DNA of 64,000 nucleotides, taken from positions 11,917-75,916 of the IMG/VR virus record IMGVR_UViG_3300042398_001156. One strand, written 5' to 3'. The notes under the pieces were generated by a model. It did not search any database. It saw nothing but the letters and a program-made list of their open reading frames with translations, and was not told the origin of the DNA. Every line of letters begins with the position of its first letter. The first letter of the stretch is position 1. The position numbers were made by a program, and so were the translations under genes. Shown piece after piece: positions 9,036 to 18,697 of the stretch. The DNA comes from a virus.

Positions 9036-10772
9036 TTACTTAAAGCCTTGCCCCATTTGTGGGTCTTGTTGCATCGCATTCTTTTCTTCAATTAAGATTG
9101 TAATTGCTTGTTGAGCGGCTTGTTCTTCAGATAACCCTTGCGATAGTAACCGACTAAAGATTGAAGCAAAATTAGTAAGATCAGCCACCAATGTTTCAGC
9201 AGTACTATCTTGTTCATTCTTTTCAAGTCTTTGTAAAAACAAATCTTTTTGTGGAAAGTCTGAGTACTTAATAAGATCTTGTGGCGTAATAATCTGAGGC
9301 TTGATTTGATACTGTGCTTGCATTTCGTATAAAGCTTTAGCAGAATCAAACAAGTTTGCTTGGTTCATCGGCAGTAATGTAGATGCTGCAATATTATAAT
9401 CAAACTTCATACCACGTTCACGTAAGACATCAAATTTAATATTACGTTGTTCGATAACTTTATTAGTACCTGTTGCAGATAGTTTTGGAACGACATAAGT
9501 TTTATCACCGCCATACGCAAAGTAGTATTCTAATACAAGTTTAGTTAAGTCTTCACAGAATTCTTCAAGTAAAGTAATCCGTGAGTTATCCGTAAGCATG
9601 GTTACACGTGCTTGAAACGCTTGCGTCGCTCCGGTAGTTTGAATACTGTTTGTCATACGACCTTTATAGTATGGGTCAACACCCGTCACTTGAAAGATAG
9701 ACTGTTCTAAACGTTGTTTAATATTACCTAAGTCCGGAATAACTGGAACGTCAACATAATAAACTAAATTACGCGGATCACCTTTGGTTTCAAACGAAGC
9801 ACCAGGAGTACCACCGTAGTCTGCAAACGATCTCATGTTAATACGTCCATCTGTATTAACAAAGCGTACGCGATTAAGTACGCGATATGGTTGCGTAGCT
9901 TCCATTGAGTCGAGCATGTTAAGGGCAACCACCGTATTAAGAATCTTTGTTAGCTTAGAGTTTCCATAAGGATTACCATCTGGACGTTGAGGAGTGTAAA
10001 CAACTACTGGAAAGCGTTTAAGTGGAATGTTTAAGTTTTCATAAATAATCGTATCTTCGTTTAACATAAAGACTTGATCGATCGTACCATTCTTATTACG
10101 CATAAAGCATTCAACCAAAGAGACTGTGCGGTTGTTAGTGATTGTATTATTTTCATAACCTGCAATACGATTGGTTGCAGTCTTATCACTCATGACACCT
10201 TTATACTTTTCCATAAACTCTTTAACACCATCTTTAAAGTCAGGGTTATCAACTAAAGTGTCGATGTTAACGGCACGTTCAATAAAGATTGCTTCACCAT
10301 CTTTATAAGAATCAACACTTGGATCAAAGTAAAGTTCTTGTGGCGACATTGCTTTTAGTTTAATGTGGCCTTTTGCACTGTCCCAGTCTACGCGCATAGC
10401 ACCAACGTTATACAACTCAGCGTTTTCGCCAACGTGTAAGAATTTATTTTTCATTCCCCACTTGCTCCAGTTGTAAGCAATGAATGCGTTAAGATCTTGC
10501 ACTGTCTTTTCATCTTGAATATATCTAGGCGTTAACGTTCCAATAAACGAACCGCTATAAATAGAGTTCATAAAACCTTGGACAACATATTCAAAGTAGT
10601 TCCAGTCAGGTGTAATACTATATTCTTTTAAGTTCTTTTTAAAGTAAGCCCAGAACTCGCCTTTATAAAGTGAACGAATTAAACGCCACTCACGTAGCTG
10701 TCCTTGTTTAAACGAACGAAACTCATCAAACTTTTGTTTAACTTTAAAAATATCGTAGGTAAACTTAGGCAT
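9036..10772 (-). CDS. Portal protein (P22/podovirus-like)
   Basis: 578 aa, close downstream of terminase; SPQELYFDPS, RFPVVVYTP...GNPYGNS, IFQVTGV, TTGAT motifs; Gln-rich C-terminus. Confidence 0.85.
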   Translation of the reverse strand: MPKFTYDIFKVKQKFDEFRSFKQGQLREWRLIRSLYKGEFWAYFKKNLKEYSITPDWNYFEYVVQGFMNSIYSGSFIGTLTPRYIQDEKTVQDLNAFIAYNWSKWGMKNKFLHVGENAELYNVGAMRVDWDSAKGHIKLKAMSPQELYFDPSVDSYKDGEAIFIERAVNIDTLVDNPDFKDGVKEFMEKYKGVMSDKTATNRIAGYENNTITNNRTVSLVECFMRNKNGTIDQVFMLNEDTIIYENLNIPLKRFPVVVYTPQRPDGNPYGNSKLTKILNTVVALNMLDSMEATQPYRVLNRVRFVNTDGRINMRSFADYGGTPGASFETKGDPRNLVYYVDVPVIPDLGNIKQRLEQSIFQVTGVDPYYKGRMTNSIQTTGATQAFQARVTMLTDNSRITLLEEFCEDLTKLVLEYYFAYGGDKTYVVPKLSATGTNKVIEQRNIKFDVLRERGMKFDYNIAASTLLPMNQANLFDSAKALYEMQAQYQIKPQIITPQDLIKYSDFPQKDLFLQRLEKNEQDSTAETLVADLTNFASIFSRLLSQGLSEEQAAQQAITILIEEKNAMQQDPQMGQGFK

Positions 10773-11221
10773 TATTGTTTACCTTCTTTCTTTTTCGGTG
10801 GCTCAGGCATAACTGGACCATCCATAATTTCTTCAAAGGTTTTAGCAATCGCATCGTTTTGACGTTGTGTGCTTGCAATAATTGCTTCTTCAATTTGTCT
10901 TTGACGAATACGTTCTTTTTTTGCAGCTTCTTCTTTTTGTTGTTCAGTTAATTCTTCTTCAGCTTCTTCTGGGTTATCTCCCATTGTATTATGTTTTGCA
11001 GCATCAATGATTGCTTGAATAGGCAAAGTAATATCTCCATCGTTATCAGGAGTTCTGCCTGCTTTATTAACTCCAGTTTTATTTCGGGATGTACGCGCCG
11101 AGCGGTTTGTTAAAATTTTCTTCGGATCCTTCATCATTTTCGTCATATACACTAGTTGCATATACTGGCCCACTGCTACCAGAATAAGTAATATTACTGC
11201 CAAAGCTGTTAGAATTTCCAT
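10772..11221 (-). CDS. Membrane-anchored hypothetical protein overlapping the terminase 3' end
   Basis: SD AAAGGAG; N-terminal TM helix MEILTALAVILLILVAVG; stop abuts portal ATG. Confidence 0.65.
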   Translation of the reverse strand: MEILTALAVILLILVAVGQYMQLVYMTKMMKDPKKILTNRSARTSRNKTGVNKAGRTPDNDGDITLPIQAIIDAAKHNTMGDNPEEAEEELTEQQKEEAAKKERIRQRQIEEAIIASTQRQNDAIAKTFEEIMDGPVMPEPPKKKEGKQ

Positions 11222-12950
11222 CGTTTATGTTCTCCTTTAATGGATCATAATATTGAACTGTCTTTTTAATTATAGCATTCTTTTGTTTATCATGAACGAA
11301 AGCTTTTCCACTAGGCAAATATACACTAAGTTTTAATTCTTGTAAATTATGTGGTAGCTCAACAACAACAAACTCTAACGCAGTAACACCGTGGTCATTA
11401 CCATCTTCAGGTTTGTCTGTCGGTGTTCCGTTTTTGTCAAGTTTAAATTTATAGTTAAGTGCTTCATCAATTAAAAACTCACATGTAGAAAATACTTCCA
11501 TTTGATTATGGTTAAGTAATGAATTCATTTTAATAATACGTGCATCATGTGATGCAAACGAAGGATCAAAATATAAACCTTCTGCTTCAAACATACTGCC
11601 AATAGTGACTAAGTTACTTTCACGCTTGCTATAACTACGTCCGTCAAATCTAGGTAGCATAAGTAAACCATCGAGATCTGTACCATTGATTCTAGTTTCT
11701 TTACGATACTCTTTTGCCAGCGTTTTAATATCAGAGTTGTTGATACGTAGTTCGTCATACACATAAAGCTTCTTTGTTTCTGTAGAAAATGCTGTATAAA
11801 TCACGTGAGTTGGGTCATTTATGCCGTAATCTACCCCAATTGCGTAGTATAATACGCGCTTTCCTGACTCGTCAAATGCTCTAGGAAGTGGGTGTGGAGG
11901 GACAATACTGATCCCAAAGTTAGGGAATACTAGGTTACTTGAGAAGTTAAAGCTACCTTTATAGTATTGTTGGATGTATGCTTTGGATTTTCCTCTAGTT
12001 TGTTCTTGTTCATACGTAGCAGGTAGGTAAGGGTTAGCACTTGTAGAGATAATCTGTGTATACTTTTGCGGATCTCGATCCTTGTTGTACTTATATCCTT
12101 CGTTATATGCATCTCCATAAAACTCTACAGTTTCTGAATCTAATAAAAACTTAGACTTTACCCAACCTGAGTCAGGGTTTGTTTCTAAGTTAATGTGTCT
12201 AGCATCGATTCGATACTTAGGTTTAAAGATTTGTTGGTTTGGATCCCATTGCATAACAGGTTGTCCGTTTGAATCTGTTTCAGGAATCATAGCATTGGTA
12301 TTACGGATACGAGATTGCAACATGGTGAACGCAGCGAAGTTAACATCAGATGATTCTACAATTACCGCCATCGTTAAGTTAATCGACTTTAGTTTTGTTT
12401 CATCATCAAACGAACGAAACAATATTTCAGACCCATTGGTTAATTGCAGTTCATGCTTTTGATCGTTCTTACGTCGAATAAGTTTCATAGGAAAAATACT
12501 ATAAAACTCTTTGACAAACGTAGCTTCTAACGCTGGGTATGTTCGTGCAGTTACTGCAACACGTGCTCCAGGTATTAACATAATATGTTTAATCACATCT
12601 TCGATGTTGGCACGAGACTTACCAGAACCATATCCACCTGCTGTCATCTTATAACGTTCACGTCTACGTAAGAACATTGCTTGATATGCTGTTGGTTTAA
12701 AAGTATTAACCAATGTTCCACACTCTGGGCATTCTTTAAACGTACTGCTTTCACTACCGTTAACAGCTTTAGCTGCTACTAAAGGTTTGTTACAACGTGG
12801 GCAATGTTGAATATGACTAACATTAATATATTGTGGGGCTGCTTCTGCTAACGACGCTTGTGGTTTTATAGAAATACTTTTGGTAATGTCAAAAACTTCA
12901 CCGGTATTTTTGTCAACTAAATGTTGTTCATCAAGAATTGACTTAGGCAT
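11079..12950 (-). CDS. terL: Terminase large subunit with N-terminal Zn-ribbon
   Basis: Walker A GGYGSGKS; KLKSINLTMAVIVES Walker B region; ETNP coupling motif; nuclease GVDYG and DGNDHGVTA; CPRC...CPEC. Confidence 0.92.
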   Translation of the reverse strand: MPKSILDEQHLVDKNTGEVFDITKSISIKPQASLAEAAPQYINVSHIQHCPRCNKPLVAAKAVNGSESSTFKECPECGTLVNTFKPTAYQAMFLRRRERYKMTAGGYGSGKSRANIEDVIKHIMLIPGARVAVTARTYPALEATFVKEFYSIFPMKLIRRKNDQKHELQLTNGSEILFRSFDDETKLKSINLTMAVIVESSDVNFAAFTMLQSRIRNTNAMIPETDSNGQPVMQWDPNQQIFKPKYRIDARHINLETNPDSGWVKSKFLLDSETVEFYGDAYNEGYKYNKDRDPQKYTQIISTSANPYLPATYEQEQTRGKSKAYIQQYYKGSFNFSSNLVFPNFGISIVPPHPLPRAFDESGKRVLYYAIGVDYGINDPTHVIYTAFSTETKKLYVYDELRINNSDIKTLAKEYRKETRINGTDLDGLLMLPRFDGRSYSKRESNLVTIGSMFEAEGLYFDPSFASHDARIIKMNSLLNHNQMEVFSTCEFLIDEALNYKFKLDKNGTPTDKPEDGNDHGVTALEFVVVELPHNLQELKLSVYLPSGKAFVHDKQKNAIIKKTVQYYDPLKENINDGNSNSFGSNITYSGSSGPVYATSVYDENDEGSEENFNKPLGAYIPK

Positions 12951-12951
12951 A

Positions 12952-13386
12952 TTATAATCCTAGCTTTTTGTTTTCAGGAACAGGTGGTAAAAACTCAGTC
13001 TCGTCTGCAGTTAGTGGAGTTTGAATATAAATGTATTGCACAGGCGTCGCAAAGTTAGGACGATGATCGTCACGGTATTTAATTGCGGCGTTTAGTTTAG
13101 TAGCATCAGCCATCCCAACATGCACACCGTCTTTCATATACTTGTTAACAATAATCCCTGCTTGGGTATAAATAATTTTATCAATGTAATCTTGCACTCG
13201 GCTGTCAGATAAAAACATTTGCCAATCGTGATAGTTAGTATTTTGGCCAATCAATGTAGCAAGTTCGTGTGGGTTTGATATAAATAAATTATCGTATATA
13301 TGTGAAACTGTTTCTGCAAAGTTCCATAAGTTAACAAGATGTAATAACTTAACTTCTGTTTTAGTAAACATTTCTAATGAAATCAT
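12952..13386 (-). CDS. Hypothetical protein, possible terminase small subunit
   Basis: 144 aa, helical, immediately upstream of terL (position only). Confidence 0.4.
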   Translation of the reverse strand: MISLEMFTKTEVKLLHLVNLWNFAETVSHIYDNLFISNPHELATLIGQNTNYHDWQMFLSDSRVQDYIDKIIYTQAGIIVNKYMKDGVHVGMADATKLNAAIKYRDDHRPNFATPVQYIYIQTPLTADETEFLPPVPENKKLGL

Positions 13387-13994
13387 ACTTTACCTTTCAA
13401 GTGAGGTAGGTTAATAGCCATGCCTCTACGATTTGATTCCAAAATTAAAGGAACCTTTTGTTTATAGTATACACCTTTTGATTTGCTCATACGATATAGT
13501 ATAAAATTTTCTATAGGATAAAACCTAGTCAAGTTAATAACTTCTTGTCTGGCTTTAGCAAGTGTTGTAAAATATAACTCTTGCATACGCACACCTTGTT
13601 TTTGAACAAGCAAAGCACCGTTAAGAGTACCTTGTTTATAATTAACACCGGTAATTCCTTTTAGATTATTAAGACCATTGTGTTTTTCTAAATCGTTTAA
13701 ATATTTTAAATTAACAAAAAGGTGTTGAAACGTTGATCTTAAAAACACCAACGTATATTTTTTAAATTCATTGATAAGCCAATCGTATCCATCTTTAGTT
13801 AAATAAAGTTTATAGTCATTATAAATACTAATGTCATTGTTATCTAAAGTAAAAGGCAACTTACTGTGTAGTGCATAAGCTTTAAGCACAACAGCAACGT
13901 TGCCTGATCTTAAGGGATATTTTTTAATCTGTTCAGGAGTTAAGATACCAATAGTAATACATTGGTCTATATATTTGTCGACTAACTCTTTCAT
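13383..13994 (-). CDS. Hypothetical protein (203 aa)
   Basis: Coupled start/stop with neighbours. Confidence 0.7.
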   Translation of the reverse strand: MKELVDKYIDQCITIGILTPEQIKKYPLRSGNVAVVLKAYALHSKLPFTLDNNDISIYNDYKLYLTKDGYDWLINEFKKYTLVFLRSTFQHLFVNLKYLNDLEKHNGLNNLKGITGVNYKQGTLNGALLVQKQGVRMQELYFTTLAKARQEVINLTRFYPIENFILYRMSKSKGVYYKQKVPLILESNRRGMAINLPHLKGKV

Positions 13995-14284
13995 TACATA
14001 CCCGAGATAGCTTCGTCTAATGCAGCCATTTGAGCTGCGTCTTCTTCAGTATCTTCTTCTTGGATAGGTTCTGGTTCTGGAGCAGTAGTTGCGCCAGCAG
14101 AAATGGTCATACTTGATTCAGTTAATTCTGTAACAGTCATGCCCATAGAATTAACCATGTTCAAAACTTCAATCAATTGCATTTTATCCATTTCGCCTAC
14201 TTCTACAGACAACATTCCTTGGTCTTCCATTTCTTCAAAACCAATGTTCATTCCTTGTAGAGCACTAATAATTTCTTCAAACAT
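13994..14284 (-). CDS. Highly acidic Met-rich protein (96 aa)
   Basis: SD AGGAGG; one Lys and no Arg; many E/D/M. Confidence 0.7.
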   Translation of the reverse strand: MFEEIISALQGMNIGFEEMEDQGMLSVEVGEMDKMQLIEVLNMVNSMGMTVTELTESSMTISAGATTAPEPEPIQEEDTEEDAAQMAALDEAISGM

Positions 14285-14285
14285 T

Positions 14286-14756
14286 TTATTTACCTCCTTT
14301 TTGTATCATATTATGCAGTATCGTCCGATAAGGTTCCGCCACCATTTCCATATCTTGCATATGAACATCATAGTGACCATTTTTAATGAGCTCAGCGTGG
14401 TACATAAACTTACCGAACGCGTCATCTGATTCTGGAATATACTGACGGGCAAACAATTCTATTTCTAATCCTAAGGTTTCATCACCTTTAGATTGTTCTT
14501 CAGGATATGGCATTTCGATTTCTACTTCGATTGGCATTTCAATTCCCATTTCCATGGTTTCTGGGAATACATACAGGTATTGTTCGTCTACGCTATAGTC
14601 CACACCTTTTTCTTCAAGGTGGTCCATCATTGATAGCATTAACATTTGATCAACATCTGTTAAATCAACGACAATCTTTTCCGGCCATTGTTCATAAGGA
14701 ACACTCATGTCATCGAGCATCATCATAAATTCAGTACATTTTGGATCCATGTGCAC
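14286..14756 (-). CDS. Acidic Met-rich protein (156 aa), likely paralog of 13994-14284
   Basis: SD GGAGG; promoter upstream; similar hydrophobic pattern over the first ~60 aa. Confidence 0.65.
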   Translation of the reverse strand: MHMDPKCTEFMMMLDDMSVPYEQWPEKIVVDLTDVDQMLMLSMMDHLEEKGVDYSVDEQYLYVFPETMEMGIEMPIEVEIEMPYPEEQSKGDETLGLEIELFARQYIPESDDAFGKFMYHAELIKNGHYDVHMQDMEMVAEPYRTILHNMIQKGGK

Positions 14757-14776
14757 AAGTTATCCTCCGCCTTTAA

Positions 14777-14787
14777 AGTATATCACA
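14777..14787 (-). promoter_or_regulatory. Extended -10 promoter (TGTGaTATACT)
   Basis: TRTG + TATACT upstream of SD GGCGGAGG. Confidence 0.55.
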
Positions 14788-15136
14788 AAAATTCTTTCAG
14801 TAAATTTGTTTCTACTTCTGTAATAACATTACCATACTTTATAAAAAATTCACAACGTTCTTTTAAAACGTTTAGCTCTTCGTCCGTTGCAATTAAAAAG
14901 TACCGGTTAGGACTTGACGCTTTAATATAGTCTCGCCACCACTCTTGTAGTGGAGTCAGGTCATAGTAACTGGTACCTTTGAACTCGACGTAGATCGTAC
15001 CGCCGTGTTTAGGCAATTGCAAAAACCTGTCGGGAAACCCTTTGGAGGTGACGACAGGTCCTTTAATAGCGACAATCTCTTTGGACTGGCACCAGCGTAC
15101 GAAAATACTTTCTAATCGTTTCTCAGTTGTGCTCAC
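14783..15136 (-). CDS. VRR-NUC family nuclease
   Basis: EKRLE...GFPDR...YVEFK...LTPLQ matches the VRR-NUC PD-(D/E)xK pattern. Confidence 0.85.
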   Translation of the reverse strand: MSTTEKRLESIFVRWCQSKEIVAIKGPVVTSKGFPDRFLQLPKHGGTIYVEFKGTSYYDLTPLQEWWRDYIKASSPNRYFLIATDEELNVLKERCEFFIKYGNVITEVETNLLKEFL

Positions 15137-15594
15137 TACTCTATGATACCATTTTTACGCAATGTATCAATGGTACCTTTGTAGAGATCACGTTGTTCTT
15201 CTAAGTGTAAATTTTCTAAACGTAAGTCTTTGATTTGTTTACTGGCGTTACTTATCACGTTAAACAATAAGTTAAACAAGTCTCGCGTGATAACATGTGC
15301 ACGTTCACCTGCGCTGTTGATATATTGGTTACCATAGTTAGCTTTGGTGTTCTTTTCAACAATACAAAACCGACGCTTGTTACTATTAGGCATCGATGTT
15401 TCGCATTCCAATAACTGTAAGCTGGTTGTATCTAACAAGATCCGTTCACTGCCTGGTTTAGAAACTACCATGCCCATACCACCGACCACTTCTTTAGTAA
15501 CTTGTTCAGGATTTTCAGTTGCAGTGTCTAACGTTGCGTTACGTTTTTCTTGCGTGACTTGTTGAATCTTTTTATTAATTGCTTCGAAGTCCAT
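15136..15594 (-). CDS. Hypothetical protein with C-terminal coiled coil
   Basis: ORF packed in operon. Confidence 0.65.
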   Translation of the reverse strand: MDFEAINKKIQQVTQEKRNATLDTATENPEQVTKEVVGGMGMVVSKPGSERILLDTTSLQLLECETSMPNSNKRRFCIVEKNTKANYGNQYINSAGERAHVITRDLFNLLFNVISNASKQIKDLRLENLHLEEQRDLYKGTIDTLRKNGIIE

Positions 15595-15596
15595 GT

Positions 15597-15923
15597 TTAT
15601 AACTTCTTTCCGTGTTTATACGGACGGGTAATATTGAACTGGTGTTTTTCTAAAACGGCAGCTTCCATGTCGATGCCAAAGTATTCAGCCAAATCTAATA
15701 CGCGGATAATGACGTCGGCAAGTTCAGCTGGGATACCTTCTGGTTTACCACCTTCGCTATAGTATGCTTCTTTTTCTTTACGACCATTGCGGTATTCTTC
15801 TAAAGCTTCGGACAACTCTGAGTGAACCAGCGCAATAAGTTCAGGAATATCTCGGTGTTTTTCCCACCAGCCATGTTCTTTAGCGTTGTGATGAATCATT
15901 TCTTGTAGTTGTTTAAGATGCAT
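15597..15923 (-). CDS. MazG-like all-alpha NTP pyrophosphohydrolase
   Basis: IALVHSELSEALE...ELADVIIR...K...N..RPYKHGK. Confidence 0.85.
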   Translation of the reverse strand: MHLKQLQEMIHHNAKEHGWWEKHRDIPELIALVHSELSEALEEYRNGRKEKEAYYSEGGKPEGIPAELADVIIRVLDLAEYFGIDMEAAVLEKHQFNITRPYKHGKKL

Positions 15924-15925
15924 AA

Positions 15926-16129
15926 TTAATCCTTCTTTTCTACGTAACAGATTTCATAACCCATTAACGTGTGTTTTGTTTTTTTAAACTTACCATTAAG
16001 CGCCAGTGAGACCATCGGTCTCGACACGGCTATGTACGCAGCGACTTCGTCTTGTGTTTTAAAAATATGCCATTCATCTGTGTCTAGTTTACGCACACCG
16101 ATTAAACCACGTCTATGCTTCTTGTTCAT
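15926..16129 (-). CDS. NUMOD1-like HTH protein
   Basis: FKTQDEVAAYIAVSRPMVSLALNG...GY. Confidence 0.65.
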   Translation of the reverse strand: MNKKHRRGLIGVRKLDTDEWHIFKTQDEVAAYIAVSRPMVSLALNGKFKKTKHTLMGYEICYVEKKD

Positions 16130-16313
16130 CTTTAACTTCCTTAAGTTGATATTTTAGAAATGTCCAACCGTCTTCAGCAATTTGGGGAATACTAACGAGT
16201 AAATCCCCACCATCTAAAACTTGTAACACTGTGCCTATCATTCCTTTACGGATACCTTTGACAATATCTTTAAGGTGGATGTTATGGACAACGACTTTAC
16301 TTCCTTTTTGCAC
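16113..16313 (-). CDS. Small SH3-like hypothetical protein
   Basis: KGSKVVV...GMIGTVLQV...QLKEV beta pattern. Confidence 0.55.
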   Translation of the reverse strand: MQKGSKVVVHNIHLKDIVKGIRKGMIGTVLQVLDGGDLLVSIPQIAEDGWTFLKYQLKEVKDEQEA

Positions 16314-16485
16314 GGGCTTTCTCCTTTGCTTTATCAGCGGCGATATCTCTTTCGACTTCTAAGTAACCAAGCTTATGCTCTAACTGTAATCGGATCTTGT
16401 CATTACGTTCCATCTTAATACTTAGTTTTAAAAATGTAATTGCTTTATCGTACGTTTCGAATGTACGCCCTAAGATTCTAATCAT
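16297..16485 (-). CDS. Hypothetical protein (62 aa)
   Basis: SD AAAGGAGG; overlaps neighbours. Confidence 0.65.
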   Translation of the reverse strand: MIRILGRTFETYDKAITFLKLSIKMERNDKIRLQLEHKLGYLEVERDIAADKAKEKARAKRK

Positions 16486-16870
16486 GTGCTCCTCCTTTCG
16501 TTACGGCTGGGTAAACCTGCAGCAAATCTTTTAACATCTCTGGTCGATCTGCATAGATCCGTTTACGCAGTAACTCTTTTGTTAACTGGTACATCGGATT
16601 GTTTTCATTAAACATCACGTAGTAGTAGAACTCGGTGCCGTGTTTACAAACATACTTATCGTAATACAGATACTGCCCTGCAACTTGGTAGAAGTCTCTG
16701 ATCGTTAGTCTTCCATCTCTTTCAAACACATTGTGTTTATAAATCTGGTACAGTGTTGTCGCTTTAACCAAGGCTGTTTTACTTCTTATCGCATCTAACT
16801 CTTCTATGTTATGTTCAATCTTGTGGGCTTTGATATCAATAAACTTTGTAAAGAATTCTAGTGTTTTCAT
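16478..16870 (-). CDS. Hypothetical protein (130 aa)
   Basis: Coupled ORF in operon. Confidence 0.65.
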   Translation of the reverse strand: MKTLEFFTKFIDIKAHKIEHNIEELDAIRSKTALVKATTLYQIYKHNVFERDGRLTIRDFYQVAGQYLYYDKYVCKHGTEFYYYVMFNENNPMYQLTKELLRKRIYADRPEMLKDLLQVYPAVTKGGAHD

Positions 16871-17046
16871 AAGTAGTCCGCCATAATTGATTCTAAATCT
16901 TTAATTGCTATAATTTTAACTTCACCTGTTTTTGTAACTATCGTTATCTTACTATCGACAATTTTTACTTTTATACTTAGCTCTCGGTTGATATAGATTC
17001 CGTCAGGTTCTTTGACGAAACCCATATTCAGTAATTCAGTGTGCAT
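16867..17046 (-). CDS. Hypothetical protein (59 aa, MHTELLNMGFVKEPDGIY...), not in ORF track
   Basis: TGATG overlap with helicase stop and ATGA overlap with the next gene. Confidence 0.65.
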   Translation of the reverse strand: MHTELLNMGFVKEPDGIYINRELSIKVKIVDSKITIVTKTGEVKIIAIKDLESIMADYL

Positions 17047-18635
17047 CAGAGTAGCAACTTCTGGATTTCATTATCGAAGAAGGTGGTGCGTTTTACACCT
17101 TGTACATAATAAGAACCGTTCTTATGTATCATCGTTGCTTTGGCTAAGTGTCCTTCAATTAAATTTTGGAAACCGTTAGTACCTTTGTTACGAATTGCTT
17201 TGCGTCCATTGGCTTTACAGTATTGTTCGTACATCCGATAGAGATCACTGCGCAACATTTCATCTTTGTTATTTGTCGTAACGTTAATGCATTCTTGCCA
17301 GAACATCCCGATGATGTCTGAGTCTACTCGGTACTGTAAGAACTTTTGTTCGATGTTATGTGGCTTTGGTTCTTGTTTAATCTTAAGTCCCTTATGCTTA
17401 AAGTAATTGAGATATAACCAAGCTTGGATTTTAGGGTACTCTTCTGCCAACTTGTTTAAGAGGTTGGGGTCCTCTTTTACAATCTTAAAATCAAATGGGA
17501 CTAAGATTAATCGTTTGAAAATAGGATCAAGTGCAGACCAGTCTCCAAAGTTAATCAACGAGTTAGCAATCACAAGCGGCGTTCCACAAACATTAACTTC
17601 ATAGTTTCTGGAATACGCTGGACGAATGACAGTCATGATCTTATTGCCAAACTCATCGCGTCCACCTTCAGTAATTTCTTTAATGTTCTGTGTAGATGCA
17701 ACCATGCGTTCATCGATCTCATTAAAGATTAATAAACTTCTACCTTCGGTTGCAGCCAACGCGTCATCTTTTTTATACGAGCTTTGTGGTTGTGAGTTTA
17801 GATACTCAGCGTTCATACGGACAGCATGCGGTCCAAGAATATCTTGTAAGACTTTGATGACTGTACTCTTACCGTTACGACCTGACTCACCGATAAAGTA
17901 AATCATCACTTGGTTGTAGTTGTATGGTGACATCAAGTACGCTAACACTTTATGAAAGTAAGCAACTCTATCTTTGTCGTTTAACATATACTCACTGATC
18001 AACTGTAACCATAATGTCGGTTCATCGTCTGTCGTGTTAATCGGAACTGGACTAATGTGCATCAAGTGTAAGTCTTGGGTATCTTTAAAGGCAACTGGTT
18101 TTAGATTGAAGCTGACTTTGCTCATGTCGAGAATCGCACGGCGTCCATCCGTGGTTTCAAAGTAGCGTAAGTTTTCGGTTGCATTCACAATGTCAGCACT
18201 CTTACGTATCGTAAAGATAATTGCTGTCTTGATCCGTGCAGCTAATGCGTTGAGTCTACCTGGAACAAAGAATGCTTTGGCGTATCGGTAAAAGATTTCA
18301 TCCTTTGCCGCTTCAGCTTCTTCAGCAACGACACTGAAAAAGTCTGTCAACATATTGCGTAGCTTGGTCTCGTCTTGTTCGAAGTGCCATAGACCATTGG
18401 TGTTGTCATAGACCAACATCTGTTCTTTGTCTTCGACATACTTGAAGTACGAACCTAACCACTCAAATGTTTTTTGTGGAATCGGAATCGCAGCATCACT
18501 TGTCAACTCAGCGACGAACCTTTTAATTTCTGGTTCGGACAAGTTCGAACGATCTTGAAACATTGTGAATACTTCTTTCACGTGCTTACGAAGATGCGCT
18601 TTGTAACTCGTCAAGTAGTTATTAAAAACTGCCAT
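17046..18635 (-). CDS. SF3 helicase, poxvirus D5 / P4 alpha C-terminal type, with no recognisable primase domain
   Basis: GESGRNGKST Walker A, LLIFNEID Walker B, IAN sensor, KRLILVPF, C-terminal wHTH (LYRMYEQYCKANG). Confidence 0.88.
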   Translation of the reverse strand: MAVFNNYLTSYKAHLRKHVKEVFTMFQDRSNLSEPEIKRFVAELTSDAAIPIPQKTFEWLGSYFKYVEDKEQMLVYDNTNGLWHFEQDETKLRNMLTDFFSVVAEEAEAAKDEIFYRYAKAFFVPGRLNALAARIKTAIIFTIRKSADIVNATENLRYFETTDGRRAILDMSKVSFNLKPVAFKDTQDLHLMHISPVPINTTDDEPTLWLQLISEYMLNDKDRVAYFHKVLAYLMSPYNYNQVMIYFIGESGRNGKSTVIKVLQDILGPHAVRMNAEYLNSQPQSSYKKDDALAATEGRSLLIFNEIDERMVASTQNIKEITEGGRDEFGNKIMTVIRPAYSRNYEVNVCGTPLVIANSLINFGDWSALDPIFKRLILVPFDFKIVKEDPNLLNKLAEEYPKIQAWLYLNYFKHKGLKIKQEPKPHNIEQKFLQYRVDSDIIGMFWQECINVTTNNKDEMLRSDLYRMYEQYCKANGRKAIRNKGTNGFQNLIEGHLAKATMIHKNGSYYVQGVKRTTFFDNEIQKLLL

Positions 18636-18697
18636 GTCTGTATCTCCTATCTTGGAATTATCCCGCTTTCATCGGGCTTTTTCCTACTTCTGCTATG

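Noticed and set aside
18655-18690. Hammerhead-like ribozyme (CCCGATGAAAGCGGG)
   Set aside because: Lacks the full CUGAnGA...GAAA core and three stems; only a 4-bp hairpin
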